Of a stretch of 64,000 bases of DNA, positions 57,916 through 64,000 are shown in pieces. Below the pieces are notes generated by a model. The model was not told the DNA's origin. It worked only from the letters and a program-made list of their open reading frames with translations, and did no database searches. This DNA is from Planctomycetota bacterium. Lineage in GTDB: Bacteria > Planctomycetota > UBA1135 > UBA2386. The stretch's first letter is position 1. Each line of letters starts with the position of its first letter. The stretch lies in assembly GCA_046290465.1 (NCBI GenBank), contig JBKAGP010000001.1, positions 2,400,001 through 2,464,000 on the forward strand, written 5' to 3'. A program made the translations under genes and the position numbers.

Positions 57916-60515
57916 GCGGCACCAAGGCGAAGGGCAAGACGCCGGCGATGAAGCAGTTCGACGCCGCCAAGGAACAGCATCCGGACGCGATCCTGTTCTT
58001 CCGGATGGGCGACTTCTACGAGCTGTTCCACGACGACGCCAAGGTCGCGGCCAAGGCGCTCGGCATCACGCTGACCGCACGCGGCAAGGGCGAGAACGCG
58101 ATCCCGATGGCCGGGGTGCCGGTGCGCGCGGTCGACGGCTACCTGCGGCGGCTGGTGCAGATGGGCCACCGCGTCGCGATCTGCGAGCAGATGCAGGACC
58201 CCAAGGAGGTCAAGGGCGTCGTCGAGCGCGCGGTCGTGCGCGTCGTCACCCCTGGCACGCTGACCGAGGACAACCTGCTCGACGGCCGCCGCAGCAACCA
58301 CCTCGCGGCGGTGTGCTTCTCGAAGGAACGCTGCGGCATCGCCTGGGTCGAGCTGTCGACCGGCGCGTTCTACGTCGTCGAGGTCGAGCACCATCGCCTC
58401 GCTGACGAACTGGCGCGCATCGAGCCCGCCGAGCTGTTGCTGGCCGAGGACCAGCGCGGCAAGGACCAGAGCTGGCTGCCGCAGACGCGCACGCCGATCG
58501 CCTACCGCGCCGGCTACGACTTCGGCGCCGAGGGCGGCACGCGGCTCCTGCAGGACCACTTCGCGGTCAAGACGCTGCGCGGCTTCGGCATCGACGACGC
58601 GCCGCTCGCGATCGGCGCGGCCGGCGCGCTGCTGGCGTACCTGCAGGAGACCCAGCAGGGGGCGCTGCCGAACCTGCGACGGCTCGAGCTGTGGCGCGAC
58701 GGCACGTTCCTCGGCCTCGATCGCACTACCAGGCAGAGCCTCGAGCTGGTGCAGACGATGCGCGGTGGCGAGGGCACGCCGCTGCTGTCGATCCTCGACC
58801 GCTGCGACACGCCGATGGGCGCGCGCCGGCTGCGCGCGTGGCTGCTGTCGCCGCTGGCGCAGCTCGACGCGATCCAGGCGCGGCAGGACGCCGTCGCCGA
58901 GATCCACGCCGACTCCGAGCTGCGTTCGCTGGTGCGCGACCGCCTGTCCCAGGTGCTCGACCTCGAACGGCTGTCGTCGCGCGCCGCGTTCGGCCGCGCC
59001 AACGGCCGCGACCTGGTCGGCCTGCGGCTGAGCCTCGAGCAGCTGCCGATCCTGCGCGAACGGTTCGCGTCATGCGCCAGTCGGTTGCTGCGCGAACTCG
59101 GCGAGGCGCTGGACCCGCTGCCCGAACTCAACCAGGCGATCGCCGCTGCGATCGTCGACGAGCCGCCGACGACCATCAAGGAGGGCGGCGTCATCCGACG
59201 CGGCTACCACCAGGAGCTGGACGAGCTGCGCGACCTCGCCAAGGACAGCACCGAGTTCCTGGCGCGCTACCAGCAGCGGCTGGTCGAACAGACCGGCATC
59301 TCGACGCTCAAGGTCGGGTTCAACCGCGTGTTCGGCTACTACATCGAGGTCACGCACACGCACAGCGACGTCGAGCTGCCGGCGGAGTTCGTGCGCAAGC
59401 AGACCACCAAGAACGCCGAGCGCTACATCACCGACGAGCTGCGCGAGCTCGAGACCAAGATCCTCAAGGCCGAGGAGAACAGCAAGGCGCTCGAATACGA
59501 GCTGTTCAACGGCCTGCGGGACCAGGTCGCGCAGGCCGTCGACCGCCTGCAGGCCACCGCGCACGCGGTCGCCGACGTCGACGCGTGCAGTTCGCTGGCG
59601 ACGGTCGCGATCGAGCGTGACTACTGCCGGCCGACGCTCGACGAGTCGCGCACGCTCAAGCTCGAGGACGCGCGCCACCCGGTGCTCGAGGCCACCCACG
59701 CCGCCGGTTCGTTCGTCGCCAACGACACCGACCTGGAGCCGCCACAACGCCGGCTGGTGCTGCTGACCGGCCCCAACATGGCCGGCAAGTCGACGTGGAT
59801 CCGCCAGAACGCGCTGGTCGTGATCATGGCGCAGATCGGCAGCTACGTGCCGGCCAAGAGCGCGCACATCGGGCTGTGTGACCGCGTGTTCACGCGGGTC
59901 GGCGGCGCCGACGACATCAGCCGCGGCGCGTCGACGTTCATGGTCGAGATGACCGAGACGGCCAACATCCTCAACAACGCGACCGACCGCAGCCTGGTCG
60001 TGCTCGACGAGGTCGGCCGCGGCACCAGCACCTACGACGGCATGTCGCTGGCGTGGGCGATCGCCGAGGACCTGCACGAGCGCATCGGCTGCCGCGCGCT
60101 GTTCGCGACCCACTACCACCAGCTGATGGACCTGGCCGGACCGGACCGCGGCATCGTCAACTGCCGCGTCGCGGTCCGCGAATGGGGCGACGAGATCGTG
60201 TTCTTGCACCGCATCGAGCAGGGCGGCACCGACCGCAGCTACGGCCTGCACGTCGCGCGCCTCGCGGGCATCCCCAAGCCCGTTCTCGAGCGCGCCCAGA
60301 CGGTGCTCACCAAGCTCGACGACGAGGGCGACGAGGTCCGCGAAGCCCTGGTCGCCGAACCGGCCCGCCACAAGGCCGGCCCCCAGCAGCGCGAACTGTT
60401 CGCGCCAGCCCCCGAACCGGTGATCGAGGACCTGCAGAACCTCGACCTCGACGACATGACCCCCCGTCAGGCCGTCGAATGGCTGCGCGACCAACAGTCC
60501 CGCCTGCGAAAGTAG
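57912..60515 (+). CDS. mutS: DNA mismatch repair protein MutS
   Basis: FRMGDFYELF, IPMAGVP, TGPNMAGKST, STFMVEM, DEVGRGTST, ATHYH, SYG. Confidence 0.98.
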   Translation: MSGTKAKGKTPAMKQFDAAKEQHPDAILFFRMGDFYELFHDDAKVAAKALGITLTARGKGENAIPMAGVPVRAVDGYLRRLVQMGHRVAICEQMQDPKEVKGVVERAVVRVVTPGTLTEDNLLDGRRSNHLAAVCFSKERCGIAWVELSTGAFYVVEVEHHRLADELARIEPAELLLAEDQRGKDQSWLPQTRTPIAYRAGYDFGAEGGTRLLQDHFAVKTLRGFGIDDAPLAIGAAGALLAYLQETQQGALPNLRRLELWRDGTFLGLDRTTRQSLELVQTMRGGEGTPLLSILDRCDTPMGARRLRAWLLSPLAQLDAIQARQDAVAEIHADSELRSLVRDRLSQVLDLERLSSRAAFGRANGRDLVGLRLSLEQLPILRERFASCASRLLRELGEALDPLPELNQAIAAAIVDEPPTTIKEGGVIRRGYHQELDELRDLAKDSTEFLARYQQRLVEQTGISTLKVGFNRVFGYYIEVTHTHSDVELPAEFVRKQTTKNAERYITDELRELETKILKAEENSKALEYELFNGLRDQVAQAVDRLQATAHAVADVDACSSLATVAIERDYCRPTLDESRTLKLEDARHPVLEATHAAGSFVANDTDLEPPQRRLVLLTGPNMAGKSTWIRQNALVVIMAQIGSYVPAKSAHIGLCDRVFTRVGGADDISRGASTFMVEMTETANILNNATDRSLVVLDEVGRGTSTYDGMSLAWAIAEDLHERIGCRALFATHYHQLMDLAGPDRGIVNCRVAVREWGDEIVFLHRIEQGGTDRSYGLHVARLAGIPKPVLERAQTVLTKLDDEGDEVREALVAEPARHKAGPQQRELFAPAPEPVIEDLQNLDLDDMTPRQAVEWLRDQQSRLRK

Positions 60516-60599
60516 CGGTACGCGACGCGGTCATCCTCCAACTTCCGCGCGCCGCGCGCGGAAGTTGGAGGATGACCGCGTACCGTACCGCTACTTTCG
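60507..60599. repeat. Near-perfect palindrome with 46-bp arms (REP/MITE-like element, copy 2)
   Basis: cgaaagtagcggtacgcgacgcggtcatcctccaacttccgcgcgc-c-reverse complement with 2 mismatches. Includes the mutS stop codon. Confidence 0.95.
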
Positions 60600-60633
60600 T
60601 GAGTCTGTGGGGGCGCGTGCCGATACCCTGCAG

Positions 60634-61635
60634 ATGCCGATGGCTGCTCCGATCACGATCCGCCCCTACCGACCCGGCGACGAGGCCTCGCTGCTCGCCG
60701 GCCACAACCAGATCTTCCCCGAGCGCTCGATGGCGCACTGGCAGTGGAAGTTCGGCAACAACCCGACGGGGCAGGTCCACACGATGGTCGCCGCGCACGA
60801 GGACGAGGGCATCGTCGGCGCCTACGTGACGCTACCGGTGCACTGCAAGGTGCAGGACCGGACGCGCATCATCGGCCAGTGCGTCGACCTCTGGGTGCTA
60901 GAACGGCACCGCCGCCACGGCCCGCGTCCGGGCCTGTTCGTCAACCTCGCGCTGGCGCACTACGAGGAGTGGGGCGGCAAGGGCGAACACCAGAACTCGT
61001 TCCACCACGGCTGGCCGATCGCGACCTGGCGCATCGGCCAGAAGTACCTGAAGTACGAGATGGTGCGCGACTGGGACTTCCTGTTCCGCGAGATGGAGCC
61101 GGGCGGCTTCCGGCCGCGCGCGACGTCGGCCGACCTCGAGGTGCGCAAGGTCGATCGCTACGACGCGGACGTCGACGAGCTATGGGCCGCGTTCTCCAAG
61201 GAGACCGAACTGGCGATCGTGCGCGACCAGCGCTACCTCAACTGGCGCTATGCCGACGCGCACGACGTCGAGTACGAACTCTACGAGTGCCGCGAACGAT
61301 CGACCGGCAAGCTGCGCGGCATCGCGGTCTTCGGCAAGCGTGACTTCGTGATCCCGAACACGTGCTTCGTGATCGACTGGATGGTGCCCGCCGACGACCA
61401 GGACGCGACGCTCGCGCTGGTCGCCAAGGCCGAAGAACGCGCCTCCGCGCTGCAGGCCAGCGCGCTCGCCACGCTGTTCCAGCACCGCGACCCGCGGTTC
61501 CTCGGCTTCCAGAAGCTCGGCTTCCTGGTCTACGGCACGATCTACTTCCAGGTCGTGATCCCGTTCGACCGGCACGACACCCACTTCTACAAGGAGCAGT
61601 GGTACCACACGCTCGGCGACTCCGACCTGCTCTGA
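60634..61635 (+). CDS. GNAT-family N-acetyltransferase
   Basis: IRPYRPGDE, W.W.F..NP.G, VD..V...HR...LF..L, RD..YLNWRY, GDSD end. Confidence 0.85.
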   Translation: MPMAAPITIRPYRPGDEASLLAGHNQIFPERSMAHWQWKFGNNPTGQVHTMVAAHEDEGIVGAYVTLPVHCKVQDRTRIIGQCVDLWVLERHRRHGPRPGLFVNLALAHYEEWGGKGEHQNSFHHGWPIATWRIGQKYLKYEMVRDWDFLFREMEPGGFRPRATSADLEVRKVDRYDADVDELWAAFSKETELAIVRDQRYLNWRYADAHDVEYELYECRERSTGKLRGIAVFGKRDFVIPNTCFVIDWMVPADDQDATLALVAKAEERASALQASALATLFQHRDPRFLGFQKLGFLVYGTIYFQVVIPFDRHDTHFYKEQWYHTLGDSDLL

Positions 61636-61636
61636 A

Positions 61637-62596
61637 CTAGCCGCCCTTCCGCACGGGCTCGCCCGGCATCATCAGCGGCATCAGCAGGGCGGCCAGCTGG
61701 CCGACCGCGTTGCGCACCCGGCCGAGGTCCATGCGCACCACCAGGTCGGTGCCGTGGGTCTCGAACTGCGCCCCCTTCATCACCTTGCGAAGCGACAGGA
61801 ACCGGCGGTCTTCAGCCAGCGCCGCGACCCGCGCCTCGGCCGCCTGGCGGCTGATCGCGAGGCCGTCGCCAGCGCGGGCGTGCCGCAGCGAGACCTCGAC
61901 GACCAGGTGCGGATCGTCCTCGTCACCGCGCACCAGCACCTGCATCCCGAAGAACGTCGGTTCGTCGTTCTCGGGCCACTCCGGCTCCTCGAGCAACGCA
62001 CCGAACTGCCGCCGCACGTTCGGGTGCGACATCGAGCCGACCATGTAGGCGAGGCGGTCCTCGCGCCCCGACAGCATCGACATCACGTCCGCCGACGGCA
62101 GGCCGACGTGCCGCTCCTTCTCGAGGATCGGCTGCAGCACCGCCAGCGAACCCTCGACGTGCACGTGCGGGTGCGGCACGTAGAAGATGCGACCCGAGTC
62201 GAAGCGCTCGCGGTAGCGAACCTGCTTGCCGCCGACCTCGCGGTCCTCCCAGATGCCGCCGGTGACGCGCGGCGGCAGCGCCAGCGGCTGGTTGCCCTCG
62301 GTGACGAACACCTCGAGCGAGTCGCGCACGAAGTCCTTCGACCCCTTCGGCATCCGGGTGGCGACCGTGAACCGATCGACGGCGTCGAGTTCGAAGCCCG
62401 ACTCCTTCTCGATCATGCCGAACAGCATCTTCAGCGCCGACGCCTGCAGCTCGTCCCAGACCTCGCGCTCGCGCATGCGCTTCAGGTCGACGGACATCGT
62501 GTTCTCGTAGCTGGAGAACAGGAAGTCCTTGGCGGTCGGCGGCTGCTGGGCCACGGCCAACGACACGCACGATAGCACCGCAGCGACGAGGCGCAC
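61637..62596 (-). CDS. Secreted hypothetical protein
   Basis: Signal peptide ending AVAQ; paralog of 62598..63677. Confidence 0.8.
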   Translation of the reverse strand: MRLVAAVLSCVSLAVAQQPPTAKDFLFSSYENTMSVDLKRMREREVWDELQASALKMLFGMIEKESGFELDAVDRFTVATRMPKGSKDFVRDSLEVFVTEGNQPLALPPRVTGGIWEDREVGGKQVRYRERFDSGRIFYVPHPHVHVEGSLAVLQPILEKERHVGLPSADVMSMLSGREDRLAYMVGSMSHPNVRRQFGALLEEPEWPENDEPTFFGMQVLVRGDEDDPHLVVEVSLRHARAGDGLAISRQAAEARVAALAEDRRFLSLRKVMKGAQFETHGTDLVVRMDLGRVRNAVGQLAALLMPLMMPGEPVRKGG

Positions 62597-62597
62597 G

Positions 62598-63677
62598 CTA
62601 TCGGCCTCCGCCCTGCTTCTTGCCGGGGCCCTTCTCGGCCTTCGGCGTCTCGGCCTGCGGCTCCTCGACCGCCTCTTCCTCGACCACCTCGACCGCCTCG
62701 AGTTGCGCCGGCATCGCCTGCGCCGCGCGGGCTACGAACAGGAACGGCGCCATGCCGCCGAACATGCCGCCCGCGTTGCGCGCGCGGCCGATGTCCGTGC
62801 GCCAGACCGCGTCGCTGCCGCTGCGTTCGTGCTCGATGTGCTTCAGCATCGGCCGGAACATGCGCGCCTCCGGCATCTTTCGCAGCTCGTCGAGCCTGGC
62901 TTGCACCGCCTTCTCGGTCACCGCGAGCCCTTCGCCCGGCGTGCCGTGGCGCAGCACCATCTCGACGGTCAGGTGCGGGTCGTAGTCCTCACCGGTCGCG
63001 CGCACGCGGAAGCACGCCATCAGCGGCCGGTCGCCCTCGGGCCACTCGGTGTCCGGCAGCGCCTCGGCGAGCATCTTGCTGGGGCCGTCCTCGACGGTCA
63101 GGTCGAGCACGCAGTAGGCGACGACGTCCTTGTGCCCGGCGGTGAACGCCATCACGTCCGCCGACGGCAGCCCGGTGCGCGGCTGTCCGTCAATCACCTC
63201 GCGCAGCAACCGCTGCGGCCCGTAGACGTGCAACTTCGGCGAGACGATGGCGAGGTCGTCGCTCCACCCCCAGCGATGCGAGTAGAGCTCGCACGCGCCG
63301 ACGTCTTCGCGCTCGTATTGGTCGAGGTCGGTCGGCCGGTCGAACGGCGCGTTGCCCTCGATGACGACGACTTCCTCGAAGGCCGCCGGCTCGCCGGCCG
63401 GCTGGTAGCGGCCCGCGGTCATCGTCACGGTGTCGAGCTCGTCCGGCGAGAACCCGAGCTGCTCCTGCATCATGCCGAACACCATCTTCATCGTGGCGAT
63501 GTTCAGTTCGTCCCAGACGCCGGTACTGCGCAGCTTGCGCATGTCCAGGTGCACGACGGTCCGGTAGTCGTCGAACAGGAACTGGCGCGCGGTCGGGGGC
63601 TTCTGGGCGGCGGCACCAACACCGAGGGCGCAGACACCGAGGGCGCAGGACGTGACAAAGGTCAGGGCTCGCATCAT
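62598..63677 (-). CDS. Secreted hypothetical protein (tandem paralog)
   Basis: Shares PPTA..FLF, VWDEL, GLPSADVM, EWPE.D.P, DPHL.VE..LRH and D.GR.RNA with its neighbour. Confidence 0.8.
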   Translation of the reverse strand: MMRALTFVTSCALGVCALGVGAAAQKPPTARQFLFDDYRTVVHLDMRKLRSTGVWDELNIATMKMVFGMMQEQLGFSPDELDTVTMTAGRYQPAGEPAAFEEVVVIEGNAPFDRPTDLDQYEREDVGACELYSHRWGWSDDLAIVSPKLHVYGPQRLLREVIDGQPRTGLPSADVMAFTAGHKDVVAYCVLDLTVEDGPSKMLAEALPDTEWPEGDRPLMACFRVRATGEDYDPHLTVEMVLRHGTPGEGLAVTEKAVQARLDELRKMPEARMFRPMLKHIEHERSGSDAVWRTDIGRARNAGGMFGGMAPFLFVARAAQAMPAQLEAVEVVEEEAVEEPQAETPKAEKGPGKKQGGGR

Positions 63678-64000
63678 GGTCGTTTCGGGCGCGCATTGCG
63701 CGCGACCCGCAAGACTATTCGATGCGAGCCCCAGGACGGTGCGCCAACCCTCTACTTCGCAGCAAACAGCCGTTCTCGGGCTACTTCAGAGAGGTCTGAT
63801 TGTGACGAACTGTCTCCGGCATTCCGTTTAGGCTGCCGGTTGCCCCCACTGCTCGCGCAGTTCGACGCGACGCGGTGCTACCGCATCTGGAAGGCTAGAC
63901 GGACGGGCGTCGGCGACCGTGAGCCGTAGCGCAACGGGGCCGCGTGCTCGCGCACGCGGAAGGTCGAACCACCGGAGTAGAACACCACCCCAGAAGCCGA

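Noticed and set aside
63700..64000. Structured intergenic region at the window end as ncRNA
   Set aside because: Has short hairpins (e.g. ccgcgtgc-tcgc-gcacgcgg) but no family motif I can recognise; truncated by the window edge.

Overview
High-GC (about 70% by eye), gene-dense bacterial chromosome segment, most likely from a Planctomycetota. That assignment is an inference from the ECF/Ser-Thr kinase pair, BlaI/M56 pair, FHA-bEBPs and many Sec-exported proteins. Housekeeping genes (gluQ, rsgA, folC, mutS, a cysteine desulfurase) are mixed with signalling genes, a TolC-MFP-RND efflux operon and many secreted proteins of unknown function. I see no rRNA, tRNA, CRISPR array or transposase. Main observations: (1) six exported proteins with five different bodies share a ~110-130 aa C-terminal domain that behaves like a sorting or anchoring tag; (2) a cobalamin riboswitch precedes one of these proteins, divergent from a QueG/CblC-like Fe-S gene and a BtuF-like gene, suggesting an undescribed B12 capture module; (3) a TM + CxxC + RAPP upstream ORF (ribosome-arrest type) precedes the RND operon; (4) a coupled operon encodes a PAO-like Rieske oxygenase, a 32-aa peptide and an SGNH-methyltransferase fusion; (5) two copies of a ~90-bp palindromic element sit at gene ends; (6) two FHA-bEBPs show complementary degeneracy. 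All family assignments come from motif recognition by eye, not database searches.
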